The notes beneath the pieces were generated by a model. It saw only the letters and a list, made by a program, of their open reading frames with translations, made no database searches and was not told the origin of the DNA. Source: an uncultured Acidobacteriota bacterium (GTDB lineage: Bacteria > Acidobacteriota > UBA6911). Taken from it: a stretch of 64,000 nucleotides of DNA. The position numbers and the translations under genes are program-made. Location of the stretch: positions 192,001 to 256,000 of the forward strand of contig CAWJKZ010000015.1 of assembly GCA_963843575.1 (NCBI GenBank), written 5' to 3'. Every line of letters starts with the position of its first letter. Position 1 is the stretch's first letter. This document shows, one piece after another, positions 50,127 to 62,670 of the stretch.

Positions 50127-50431
50127 TCATGCAAGCGTCCAGGGACTGCGCATCGGCCGCGTGCGCAGGGCGTTTGCCTCGTCGTCGTCCAGGAAGCGCT
50201 CGTCCTTGGGATCCCACCTCAGCCTGCGCCCCAATCTCACCGCGAGGGTGCCGAGGTGGCAGACGGTCGCGACGCGGTGCCCGATCTGCCGTGGTCCCCG
50301 ACCCCGATGAACCCGACCGTGATTTTGTGGCTCGGGGAGTCCTGTCCCAGGACTCGGCCCGGGATGATGTAGGGCGCGGCGATGGCGGCTGCGCCCGCCT
50401 GCACGAACCGACGTCTGGAAACCCGCTTCAT
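50127..50431 (-). pseudogene. internally deleted Tat-exported Gfo/Idh/MocA oxidoreductase
   Basis: N-terminus SRRRFV...ITVGFIGVGDHG is joined out of frame to the C-terminus GHRVATVCHLG..AVRLGRRLRWDP..E.F..D.EAN...RPMRSPW. Confidence 0.75.
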
Positions 50432-50524
50432 GTGCCCCTCCGGGTGTCGTCAATGGGGGGTCATGTTAGCACGGAACCAGCGGACAGGCGTGTCCGGCAT
50501 CCAGCTTCGGCAGCACACAACCAT

Positions 50525-50712
50525 TGGGTCCGGGCTTCAGAGGCTGTCTAACGGTTGACTCTGGAGTGCGGCGCCTCGGCTGCCTCGGCGCCGCTTTCAC
50601 TTACGTCCTACGGCAGGAATGCTCGGCGCCTCGGCGCCGCGCCGAATTGCGGGATGCGATTCTGCGACCTCGGCCTTTGGCGGCGTCGAGCCAGTCGAGC
50701 CGCCGCACTCCA
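50525..50712. repeat. partial family A REP followed by a TGGAGTGCGGCG...CGCCGCACTCCA REP-like doublet
   Basis: TGGGTCCGGGCTTCAGAGGCTGTC matches 5329 onward; inverted arms at 50562-50573 and 50701-50712. Confidence 0.6.
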
Positions 50713-50716
50713 AATA

Positions 50717-52148
<1,432 letters not shown>

Positions 52149-52161
52149 TGCCTCGCCTTCG

Positions 52162-52704
52162 CTATCCGAACTTGGCCCGGTCCGCGAGGTCGGGCATCCG
52201 GCCTTCGAGCAGTTCGCTGCGAGCACGCGGAAAATGATGTCCGCCGACGGCGGGCAGCCCGGCACGAACACGTCCACCGTGACGACCTCGTGGATCGGCC
52301 GGACGACGCGGCAGCAGCGTCGGCACGACCTCGTTCGGAATCTGCGGTTGCAGCGTCCCGTTCTTCGAGGTAGGCGCGCTCGAGCACGGCGTCCAGCGCC
52401 GAACGGGTTGCGCATCGCCGGCACGTTGCCGGTGACCGCGCAGTCGCCCAGCGACACCAGGATCCTGGTGCGCGCTCCGCACCATCTTGATCTTGTGCAG
52501 GTCTTCCTCGCTGCTGACCGCGCCTTCGACCAGCGTGACGTCCACGTTTTCCGGGAACTCCTTGGCGTCCACCAGCGGGCTGTACACGAACGTCAGCCTT
52601 CGCCGCCAGTGTCGATCAGGCGCTCATCCATGTCCAGGAGCGACATGTGGCAGCCCGAGCAGCCGTCCAGCCAGACTGTTGCCAGCGCGTAGCTTTGCCG
52701 TCAC
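52162..52704 (-). CDS. hoxY: hydrogenase small subunit, frameshifted
   Basis: [30 protein letters not shown] and PGCPP motifs across frames. Confidence 0.82.
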
Positions 52705-53426
52705 CGCCGTCCCTCCCGCATCGAGGTCAGGTAGGGCAGGAACTGCCGCCGCTTGGACATCTCCGCCACCGATTTCCCCTTCTCGAACAAGCGCGCCCGT
52801 CGGGCAGACCTGGACGCACTTGCCGCAGCCGGTGCAGCGTCTCGGACTCGCCCCAGGGCTGCTCGAGGTCGGTGATCACGCGGCACTCGATGCCGCGCCC
52901 CATCACGTCCCAGGTGTGCGCGCCTTCGATCTCGTCGCACACGCGCACGCAGCGCGTAGCACAGGATGCAGCGGTTGTGGTCCACCACGAAGCGCTCGTG
53001 CGAGGCGTCCACGGGGAGCCGCGGGTACAGATACGGGAAGTGCACGTGAGTCATGCCCGAGCTTCTGCGCCAGGCTCTGCAGGTCGCAGTGGCCGTTGGA
53101 CACGCACACCGAGCAGACGTGGTTGCGCTCGGAGAAGAGCAGTTCCAGGATCATCCGGCGGTAGTTCGCCAGGCGCTCGGAGTTCGATCGTGACCTCCAT
53201 GCCTTCGTCGACGCGGGTGACGCAGGCGGGCAGCAGCTTGCGACGACCCCTTGACCTCCACCAGGCACAGGCGGCACGCGCCGACGTTGGACAGCCCTTC
53301 GAGATGGCACAGCGTCGGGATGTAGATCCCGTTTTCGCGCGCCACTTCCAGGATGGTCTGGTCCTCGCGCGCGCCGACCTCACGCCGTCGATGTTGCAGT
53401 GTTTTGACGCGAACAGTGGTTGTCAT
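52701..53426 (-). CDS. hoxU: diaphorase Fe-S subunit, frameshifted
   Basis: IPTLCH..G....[41 protein letters not shown]. Confidence 0.85.
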
Positions 53427-55089
53427 GGCAGTCACCTCCTTGGCGGCTTCGATCTGGCAGGCGCCGGCCGGGCAGCTGCTTGTCGTCGATGTGCGCCGCG
53501 TACTCATCGCGGAAGTAGCGCAGCGTGCTGAGCACGGGATTGGGCGCGCGTCTGGCCCAGGCCGCACAGGCTGGTGTTCCGGACCAGGTCGCAGAGCTCT
53601 TCGAGCAGGGCCAGGTCGGCCGTCGTGGCCTCGTCCCGTTGCGTGATCTGCTCCAGCAGCTCGTACATCTGCGTGCGTGCCGACGCGGCAGGGGATGCAC
53701 TTGCCGCACGATTCCGATCATGCAGAATTCCATGAAGTACTTGGCCACGTCCACCATGCACGAGGTCTCGTCCATGACGATCATGCCGCCCGAGCCCATG
53801 ATGGAGCCGACCTTGGCCAGCGATTCGTAGTCGACCGGCATGTCCAGGTACTCCTCCGGGATGCAGCCGCCCGACGGGCCGCCCGTCTGCACCGCCTTGA
53901 ACTGCTCGCCGTCCGGAATGCCGCCGCCGATGTCGAAGATGATCTCGCGCAGCGTGATGCCCATCGGCACTTCGATCAGGCCGGTGTTCTCGACCCTGCC
54001 CGGCCAGGGCGAAGACCTTGGTGCCCTTGCTCTTCTCCGTGCCGATCGCGGCGAACCACGCCGCCGCCGTTGCGGATGATCGGGCGCGATGTTGGCGAAC
54101 GTCTCGACGTTGTTGATCAGCGTCGGGTAGCCCCACAGCCCGCTTCCGCCGGGTACGGCGGGCGCGGGCGCGGCGTGCCCCGCTTGCCTTCGATCGAGGC
54201 GATCAGCGCCGTCTCTTCGCCGCACACGAACGCGCCGGCGCCCAGCCGGATGTCGATGTGGAAGCTGAACGTGGTGCCGCAGATGTTGTTGCCCAGCAGA
54301 CCCAGTCCGCTCCGCCTGCTGGATCGCCGTCTTGAGGTGCTTGACCGCCAGCGGATATTCGGCGCGCACGTAGATGTAGCCCTGGTTGCGCGCCGACGGC
54401 GTAGGCCGCGATCGCCATGCCTTCGAGCACGCGGTGCGGGTCGCTCTCCAGCACGCTGCGGTCCATGAACGCGCCCGGGTCGCCCTCGTCGGCGTTGCAG
54501 ATGACGTACTTGCGCTCCTCGCTCGGCCTTTGCCACCGTGCTCCACTTCAGGCCGGTCGGATAGCCGGCGCCGCCGCGGCCGCGCAGGCCGCTGCTCAGC
54601 ACCTGCTCGACCACCTCCTGTCGGCGTCATCTCCGTCAGCGCCTCCAGCAGCGCGGCATACCCGTCGGCGGCGATGTAGTCCTCGATCCGCTCGGGATCG
54701 ATCCTGCCGGAGTTCTCCAGCACGATCTTCTTCTGCCGCTGGAAGAACGGGGCGGACGTGGGGCAGTCGAGGCGCGGGACGGCGGTCCCCTCGACCGCGT
54801 GACTCACGATCTCGGCAGCGTCCTCGGGCACGGCCCCCTGATTCAAGGCTCCTTCCGGTTCGACGGACACCAGCGGGCCCGCGGAGCAGAGCCCCATGCA
54901 GCCGACGCCCTTGACCTGGCAGGACTTCTCCAGGCCGCGGTCGCCCACTTCCTTCTTCAGCGCTTCGAGCACGCGGTCGCTGTGCGAGGAGAGGCACCCG
55001 GCCGCCATGCAGACATGCAGCCGGTGAGGATACTGTTGCTGGGTTCCCCGTTCCGTTTCGGCGATTTCGTTAAGTTCTTCCGGCGTCAT
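53423..55089 (-). CDS. hoxF: diaphorase NAD/FMN-binding subunit (NuoF-like), frameshifted; 3' end approximate
   Basis: [53 protein letters not shown] motifs. Confidence 0.85.
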
Positions 55090-55587
55090 CGCTGCGCCAC
55101 CTCCCGGGCCCTGTCCACCGCCTGTTGCGGCGTTAATCTCCCGACGACCTCGTTGTCGAACACCGCCACCGGGGCCAGGCCGCACGACCCCAGGCAGCGC
55201 GCCGTGAGCAGCGACAGGCTGCCGTCTTCCGTGGTCTCGCCTGGCTTGACTTTGAGCGCCCCTTCCACCGCCGGCGAGGAGTCCCGACGCCCCCTTGATG
55301 TAGCAGGCCGTCCCGGTGCACACCACGCACGTGTGCCGCCCCTGCGGCTTCAGCGTGAAGAAGTGATAAAAGGTCGCGACGCCGTACACCTGGCTGAAGG
55401 CAACCCGCAGTGACTCCGCCACATAGCGCAGTGCGGACTTGTCCAGGTAACCGAAGCACTCCTGGACCGTGTGCAGCGTCTCGATCAACGCATCTGGCGC
55501 GTGCCCGTGGCGGCGCATCGTGGCGTCCACGATCTTCCAGCGCTTGTCCTCGGATGGCGGCGATGGCTTCTTCAGAGCCAGCGGCAT
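55086..55587 (-). CDS. hoxE: NuoE-like 2Fe-2S subunit, one frameshift near 55270
   Basis: LIETLHTVQECFGYL, YGVATFYHFF, CTGTACYIKG, RCLGSCGLAP; GAGGAGG RBS. Confidence 0.88.
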
Positions 55588-55630
55588 GTCGTACCTCCTC
55601 AACCTCGACAAAGAGAAACTAATTCCATTC

Positions 55631-55645
55631 GCAATTTGCGTGCCA
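55631..55645 (-). promoter_or_regulatory. sigma-54 (-24/-12) promoter of the hox operon
   Basis: Minus strand TGGCACG-CAAA-TTGC is an exact consensus match, about 45 nt upstream of the hoxE ATG. Confidence 0.7.
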
Positions 55646-55817
55646 GGATAGCTCTCGGATGCCGGTGGGGATGGGCTGGTAAATCTATTGGGTTGTTGTA
55701 ATTACAGTAGGACAATTGGTGCGGCGCAGGAGGGCGGATGCCGGTGCCGATTTCGTTGTGGGATATACCCCAGCACTGGGTTAATACCGAGTGCTGCGAG
55801 TCTGCTCGGCGCGGGTC

Positions 55818-56462
55818 TTACGGAGTCCGGGGTACCGGGACACCGAACACCTCGATCCAGTCGAGGCGAGAGCAGGCATCGCTCAGCCCTCCCGGCATCA
55901 GGTCGGTGAACCCGACTTCCCGGACCCGGCTCAAGTCCGGGGTGGCGGCGGGTTTTCCTTCCGCCACCCGGCTGATATCGAGCGCGTGCCAGTGTATGGC
56001 ACGGACATCGAATTCCCGCACGCGCCATTCGTCGGAGGCGCCGTCGAAGAGGTCGCTGACCAGCCAGACGCCGTCGGCGGTCTTCAGGATGATGCGCAGC
56101 TGGCGGAAGCCGGACTGCCTGGCGCGCCAGCGAATCGAAGCCGTGCCGCGCAGGTCGACGTCCTGGTCTCGGTGCTTCAGGGTCACAGCCCAGTTGCCGG
56201 GGCAGGCGCCCGACCAGATGTAGTACGGGTCATTGGGGATCGGGGGGTGGTTGCTCTTCTTGATCCCGTGCAGGCCGGGGCCGTACAGCTGAAGCAGGAG
56301 AGCCGGGTTCGAGACATGCTCCTGGCTGACCGGGAGCTCCGCCGGGGTCTCTTTCCAGTCCTCCCTGAAAAAGAGCGGCGGACGATCGGCGGACGCGGAC
56401 CCCGCAACCGCCGAGAGGACCCAGAGCGCCAGCACAAGGGCAGGTGCGTCTTTTATCCGCAT
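55818..56462 (-). CDS. secreted hypothetical protein
   Basis: Signal peptide followed by PPLFFREDWK...YIWSG.C..NW...VGFTDLMPGG...CSRLDWIEV. Confidence 0.7.
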   Translation of the reverse strand: MRIKDAPALVLALWVLSAVAGSASADRPPLFFREDWKETPAELPVSQEHVSNPALLLQLYGPGLHGIKKSNHPPIPNDPYYIWSGACPGNWAVTLKHRDQDVDLRGTASIRWRARQSGFRQLRIILKTADGVWLVSDLFDGASDEWRVREFDVRAIHWHALDISRVAEGKPAATPDLSRVREVGFTDLMPGGLSDACSRLDWIEVFGVPVPRTP

Positions 56463-56487
56463 GGCCGGACTCGCGCAGGTTTCAGGC

Positions 56488-57543
56488 TCACTTCTTCCAT
56501 TCATCAGGGCGCAGTGCGCGGACCGCTGCGCCGGCGCGCCACATCTCCGAGTCGCGCATCTCGCGGAGCTCGGCGTCGAGTTTTTCTTTGTAATCGGGGG
56601 CGCTGTTGGTTTCCAGCACGCGCCGAGTCTCCTCGCCGGCGACGACGCTGCGATAGAGCTGGTCGAACACCGGTTCCACCGCACCGCGGAACTTGTGCCG
56701 CCAGTCGAGGGCACCGCGCCGCGCCGTGGCGCTGCAGTTTTCGTACATCCAGTCCATGCCGTTTTGATCGACCAGTCGGATCAGGCTCTGGGTGAGTTCC
56801 TCGACCGTCTCGTTGAAGGCCTCGCTGGGGCTGTGCCCGTTCTTGCGCAGAACGTTGTACTGTGCCTCCATGATGCCTGCCAGGGCACCCATCAGGACGC
56901 CGCGTTCGCCGGTGAGGTCGCTGTAGACCTCCTCGCGGAAGGTGGTCGGGAAGAGGTACCCCGATCCGACCGCGATGCCGAGCGCCAGCGTCCGCTCCAT
57001 GGCGCGGCCTGTGTGGTCCTGCTGCACCGCATAGCTGCTGTTGATCCCACTGCCGGCGAGGAAGTTGGCGCGGACGCTTCGGCCCGAACCCTTCGGCGCC
57101 ACCATGATGACGTCGACGAACGCCGGCGGCAGTACGCCGGTCTGATCGCCGTAAACGATGGAGAACCCGTGCGAAAAATAAAGGGCATCCCCTTCCTTGA
57201 GGCAGGGCTTGATCCGCGGCCACGTCATCATCTGGGCTGCGTCCGACACCAGGTACTGGAGGATCGTGCCCCTGCGTGCGGCCTCCTCGAGGGAAAACAG
57301 CGTCTTGCCGGGCTGCCACCCGTCCTTCAGGGCGCGCTCCCACGCAACCTTGTCGCCTTCCCACTGCCCGACGATGACGTTGATGCCGTTGTCTTTCATG
57401 TTGAGGGCCTGGGCCGGACCCTGGACGCCGTAGCCAAGGACGGCGACCACCTCGTCCTTCAAGACCTGACGCGCCTTCTCCAGCGGGAACTCCTCGCGGG
57501 TGACCACGTCTTCTTGAACTCCTCCGAAATCGATCTTTGCCAT
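56488..57543 (-). CDS. ilvC: ketol-acid reductoisomerase (Bacteroidetes/fungal-like type)
   Basis: GYGVQG, FSHGF, VAPKGSG, SDLTGERG.LMG, EAFNETVEE, CSATA.RGA motifs; ATG 57543. Confidence 0.95.
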   Translation of the reverse strand: MAKIDFGGVQEDVVTREEFPLEKARQVLKDEVVAVLGYGVQGPAQALNMKDNGINVIVGQWEGDKVAWERALKDGWQPGKTLFSLEEAARRGTILQYLVSDAAQMMTWPRIKPCLKEGDALYFSHGFSIVYGDQTGVLPPAFVDVIMVAPKGSGRSVRANFLAGSGINSSYAVQQDHTGRAMERTLALGIAVGSGYLFPTTFREEVYSDLTGERGVLMGALAGIMEAQYNVLRKNGHSPSEAFNETVEELTQSLIRLVDQNGMDWMYENCSATARRGALDWRHKFRGAVEPVFDQLYRSVVAGEETRRVLETNSAPDYKEKLDAELREMRDSEMWRAGAAVRALRPDEWKK

Positions 57544-57719
57544 CTCGAGCTCCTGTAAAAGTGCTGCATTGTACCGCGAGGCGGAGACGCCCACAACTCG
57601 AATGAGCTAAAACAGTGCAACAACTTGCCACGGAAAGCACGGAACCCACGGAATCTCCAAATCTGGGTTTTCCGTGGTTTGCCGCGTCTTCCGTGGCGAG
57701 TTTTGGCTCATGTGCGCAA

Positions 57720-58910
57720 TCAGCTGAGGTTGTGTTCGCGCAGGTCGATCTTGCCGCGGTCGGCGACGCCGAGGCCGAGCGCGCCGGCGATGTCGACGTG
57801 CTCCGGCTGCATGCGCACGAAGTGGCTGAAGTCGTCCTGCTGAGCTTCGGCCAGCGGCTTCATCCCGACCGCGACACGCTTGCGATCGAGTTCTTCCCAA
57901 CCGATCTTGTCGAGGGCGACCGGATCGGTTGCGAAATACATGCGTTTGGGTTCCCAGATGAACTTCCTGGCCTCCTGCCGCATCACGGGCCCCCCATGAT
58001 ACAGTCCCTGGACCGCGTCGCAGATGTGCAGGACGGCTTTGTCGCGAATCACGGGGATCGACACCGACGACGGTATGAAGGCGCCGCAGGCGTTGAGCAT
58101 CGGCGAGGAGTGGCTGCGGTTGACGTTGTTGACCAGCCCGTGTGACAGATTCTTGAGCGCGCAGGTGATCCCGGCGGACTGGTGGTGCTTCAGGAGCGCC
58201 AGGTTGACGAGCTTGTCCACTTCGCGCGTGATGAACAGGGCGGCGTAGGATCGCCGGGCCCTCTCATTGTCGAAGCCGAAGCCGGGAAGCGTGAGCTGCA
58301 TATCCATCCAGTGGTCGGGGTCATAGCCGTCGATCCGCTGCTGGACGTTGTCGACGTAATCCGTCGCCCAGGACGTGCGCACCCCTTCGGGCACCCAGCC
58401 GGCAAACCCCGCCTGGACGAACTGGCTCTTATACCGGTCGTAGATGACGATGTCCTTGCGCCGCACGCCCGCTGCTTCCAGGCCCGCGACGATTTCCTGG
58501 ACGACCTCGGGCGCCGATATCACCCAGGGCACGCTCGCCGGATTCAGCTTTATCCCGACCACCTCCCCAGGTTCGAAGAATGAGCGCCAGCCCGACACCC
58601 AGTCGGGGGCCCCGGTCAGTTCCGCCATCCCGCGCCGGATCATCGCGGTGACGGGTTCGCGCTGGTACCGCCCGTCGACAATGGCCCCAGGATGGTGCAC
58701 CGAGACTACGCGCCCGGGAAACAGGCCGGGCATCGACCACTTCGTCCTGCGCGATTTCCCGTAGGTTGATTCGGCAAACAGGGGCACCCTGGCCGCCGCA
58801 GGCACCACCACCGCCGCCGCCAGCACTCGTTCCAGCCACTCGCGCCGCGTCTCCCTCCTCGACCCGATCGTTCCCGACACTAACCCCACTTTTCCGCCAC
58901 CAAGACTCAT
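57720..58910 (-). CDS. DUF362 domain protein, Tat-like signal
   Basis: TRREWL, VGIKLN, LKHH..AG.TCALKN..HG, ATDPVALD motifs. Confidence 0.85.
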   Translation of the reverse strand: MSLGGGKVGLVSGTIGSRRETRREWLERVLAAAVVVPAAARVPLFAESTYGKSRRTKWSMPGLFPGRVVSVHHPGAIVDGRYQREPVTAMIRRGMAELTGAPDWVSGWRSFFEPGEVVGIKLNPASVPWVISAPEVVQEIVAGLEAAGVRRKDIVIYDRYKSQFVQAGFAGWVPEGVRTSWATDYVDNVQQRIDGYDPDHWMDMQLTLPGFGFDNERARRSYAALFITREVDKLVNLALLKHHQSAGITCALKNLSHGLVNNVNRSHSSPMLNACGAFIPSSVSIPVIRDKAVLHICDAVQGLYHGGPVMRQEARKFIWEPKRMYFATDPVALDKIGWEELDRKRVAVGMKPLAEAQQDDFSHFVRMQPEHVDIAGALGLGVADRGKIDLREHNLS

Positions 58911-59206
58911 CTCCGCCTCCACCCTGTACTCCGCCCGAATTGAACCATCTGAATGGACGGACGCCCGTGCAAGCTCGGGCTCCCGGTTTCTTGCTTACCG
59001 CGTTGCGGTTTAGGAACCAACTGGTTAATAGGATAGCAGAGCCGCAAGCGGCGGCAACAGGGCTCCGGAGCCGGCCGGGCGGGGGAATTTCGCCCGGGCG
59101 CTGCGGTCGGGCCCGATCGCGGCCGTCGGCGTACACAACGAACAAGCGATTCGTTCCCGACCTGGAACACGGCTTGCTTCAGGGAGGCAAGGTGCAGGAG
59201 GGTTTA

Positions 59207-59370
59207 ACGTGTTTTTCAGGACGCGGATTAGCGCGGATCCCCACGGATCGACCTGGCGACAGGACGCGGCCGATCCGCGTCAATCCGTTGAATCCGCGGA
59301 ATCTGCGTTCTGTTTTGGCTCTTGTCTTTCATTGCCCGTTGTTCTGCGTCCTGAAAAATATGTCAGCGTA
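59207..59370. repeat. family B palindromic element with 18-bp imperfect terminal inverted repeats
   Basis: ACGTGTTTTTCAGGACGC (59207-59224) pairs with GCGTCCTGAAAAATATGT (59346-59363); close copy at 46974-47127. Confidence 0.75.
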
Positions 59371-59594
59371 TTAATCCGCCCCCCCACAAACTCACTTCTT
59401 ATTCTGAGTCACACTGAACACCTGCCCGTTCACCGTGATCGTGCCGGTGCGGCGTTGCCTGGCAGATGCCACGGAGTAATTGAAACCCTGAGACGTCTGC
59501 GAGGTGACGGTGATGCCTGACTAGGAGTCACGCCTAATCTGGCAATTTGGTGATCCAGCGCACCGGCGGGCCCCTGGGCCCTGGAGGCGGGCAA

Positions 59595-62542
59595 TCATGG
59601 GGCGGTGCCGGCGACCTGCTTCTGCCAGGGTTCGACTTCTGCTGCCGACCCGCCGAGCGCGAGGAAATCGCCGATGAAGATTTCCGCCTCGACCCGGCGG
59701 CCCAGTTGCGCGGAGGTGCGGGCGAGCAACACGTAGAGTTCGATTGGCAGGGCGGGTGTGAGGTCGAGCACCTGCCGGTAGAGCCGGTAGGCCTCCGCCA
59801 CGCGAGAGTCGGACTCGTAGACCCGGCCCAGGTCGATGAGCAGTGCGACGTCCTGGGGGCGCCGTCGCGCCATGATCTGCAGGGTTTCGGCGGCGGCCTG
59901 CCGGTACCCGGCCGCGGTCAAGGCGCGCGAGAGCAGGAGCCCGACGGGGCGCTCATCGGGTGCGAGCGCGAAGGCCCTCTGGAGCACCTCCGTGGCGCGC
60001 TGGTGGTTGCCGAGTTTGAAGTAAGCGATGCCGAGGCCGTACCAGAGGTCGGCTTGGCCGGGGTAGCGGGCGGCGAGGGGCTCGACGGCTGCGGCGAAGC
60101 CCTGCATGTCGCCGGCCTTCTGCGCCGCGACGGCCCGGGCGAGCAGCGCTTCCCGGGTCTCCCCCGGGGCGGCCTCGGCCGCTTCGGGCTCGGCGGGCCG
60201 CCCGGCGAAGTAGCCCTTGCGCGCGTGGACCCGCGCGTCCGGGATCGAGACGGTCACCCGGATGGGGTGGAACCGGCCGTCGGTCGACTGCTGGGATACG
60301 AAGCCCAGGTAGTAGACCCGCCCCCGCGACCCGATCAGCTTGTCGGCTGCGCCGGCAAGATCGTTGGTGGAGTTCATGAAACGTCCCGCCGTCTCGACCG
60401 CCAGCTGCGAGAGCGGCGATTGCCGGTCCATGCGCCAGGCGCGGGCGTGCTCGTGGAGCAGGGCGATGAGGTGGGGATTGCGCACCAGGAACGAGCCGTT
60501 GGCCCGCAACCCGATGGCCTCGTCGACATCGAGTCCCGCCGCGTCGATCGTATAAAAACGAGTTTTGCTCCGCCTGGCCTCGGCGATGATTCCCTCCAGC
60601 CGCCCCGACAGGTCGCCGCGCGTACTGGTGCGGCCCAGCGTGAATCCGGTCGACAGAAGGAGGACGTCCTTCGGGTAGCTCCCCGCGTCGGCCGACGCAG
60701 CGTTGACGACCGCGCGGAGCCCGTCCAGTGCGTGTGACACCTGGCCCAGGTTTTCGGTCAGCAGCTGCCTTGCCAGGTTGACCACCATCGTCTGGATCAT
60801 CTCCCGGGTCGTCCCCGGCTGGCCGTCGACCTCGCCCATGTCGTTGCGGAACTGGGCCCCGATGCTCGACGCGTACCGCAGCTCCGCCACCTGCTGCGCC
60901 TCCCGGTCACCCCGGTCGATCAGGAACGCCTGATAGACGGTCATCAGACCGTCGTTGCTCGACAGGGACGGGTTTCCGCGGGGCGAGGTCCTGCGGATCT
61001 TTTCGATCATCTTCTCGGCGGTGAGTTCGGGCGCGATCTCCGCGCTCAACTCGCTCATGAGGTGAATGGACAACGGACGCAGAGGGTCCTGGAAGTCCCG
61101 CACGATCTTCTCGGCGGCCTTCTTGATCTGCAGGAACGCGGCCGAGTCCGACATGATGTCGTCGAGCACAAGGTAATAACGGCCGAGCCTCAGCTCCGGG
61201 CTGTCTGTCGCGACGGCAATGGGCGTGCCGTCGCGCGCGCTCAACTTGCGGATGGCCCGCGCACGCGGCTCCGCCAGGTTGCGCGACCCCACGTCGCGCG
61301 CGAAAAATGCGATCTCGCGGAGCTGGTCGTCCTCGTAGATGCGGAAGTCGCGCTCCCCGAGCTCCGGCGACTCCCGCCCCGGCGGCGACTCGACCAGGAC
61401 GGGAATCTCGACGAAACGTGTTTCGACACGGAACAGCGGTGCCGCACGCCCCGTCGGTTCCGTTTCACGAGGGGAGGGGAGGGGCAGTGACACGGACTTG
61501 AACCGCAGCACCCGATCCATCTCAGGCGAATGGATGAGTTCCCGGAGCGCTTTCTGTGCGTTCGGGTCCCGCACCTCGGGCTCGGCGCGCGCCAGCGTGC
61601 GCGGTCTCGCGGGTTCGAATGACTCCGATGCGGGGTTTCGCGCCCTTCCTGAGCCCGCGAAAAAGCCCTTCCGGCTGTGCACTTTCAGCCTGGGGTTGTT
61701 CGCCGCGAGGGTCACGTCGTGCCAGCGGCCGTCCTGCGGCACGTCTGTGTAGTAGTTGACCACGAGGATCGATCGGAGCTCGGTGGCCACCTCGACAAAG
61801 CGTGTGCCTGAGGCTGTCGGGGTCGTCGACAACGAACATCCTGCCGCTGTTGATTTCGGCGAGCTGCCGCAACACGCGACTCAACGCGTCGGTCCGCAGC
61901 GCCGCGCGCGCGGCGATGGTGTAGATCGGGAAACCGTGGCGGGCGGCGGCATTGAGGACGGTTTCGAGCGAGGAGATGCGGGCCGTGTCTTCCCCGTCCG
62001 AGAAGACGACGATCACCCTTCGTCCCTCCGCCTTGCCCAGGTGCTTCATCGCGAACAGGAGCGCGTCGTACAGCTTGGTCGCACCGCGGGCCTGCGCCTG
62101 CCGGATTGCCGACACGATCGCGATCCGGTCGTCGCTCAGTTGCGGCACGAGCCGGATGTCGGAATTGAACGGAATGAAACTGACGCGGTCCTCGGGCTGC
62201 AGCGATTCGACGAAGGCGACCGCCGCTTCCTGAGTCGCGGCGAGCGTCTCCGTCATGCTTCCGCTCGTGTCCAGCAGGAGCGCGACCTGGAGCGGCACCG
62301 TCTCGCTGTCGAGCCGGTGTATCTCCCGTTTGCCGCCGTCCTCGGTCAGGACAAAGTCCGATCCGGTCAGGTCCGTGACCCGGCGGTTTCCCTCGGTGAC
62401 GCTGACGTAGAGCTGGACCAGCTGGGACTGCACCTGGATCGTCAGGTCGCCGGCCGGCGTCGTCCTCGACTCCTGCGGCAGCGCCCGCGCGGCGGCGAGC
62501 AGGACGCAAAAGGCCGTGATGCGGGATCGTGGCTTTTCTCAT
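59595..62542 (-). CDS. secreted tandem VWA (acidobacterial VWFA-type) plus TPR protein, frameshifts near 62520 and 61800
   Basis: LLDTSGS MIDAS motif, T.LYDA, SDGED, LAE.NSG, DGRWH..SRKGF; second VWA domain (LAVETAG..Y.LGF..DGRFH..ARKGY); C-terminal TPRs. Confidence 0.75.
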
Positions 62543-62670
62543 GGCGGCACGCGACTCCTTTCTCCTCCGTTGTCCGGATATTTCGAGGGCCTCGGAGCTG
62601 TCTGGGGCGAGCCGTGGAACTCGTCTCAGAGGCTTCAGAGTTCTCGAAGACCCGGTCTCCACCTGCCCGG

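Noticed and set aside
53380-55611. 743-aa apparent HoxE-HoxF fusion in the ORF track
   Set aside because: Produced by frameshifts; the true HoxE C-terminus and stop lie in another frame (55086), overlapping the hoxF ATG.
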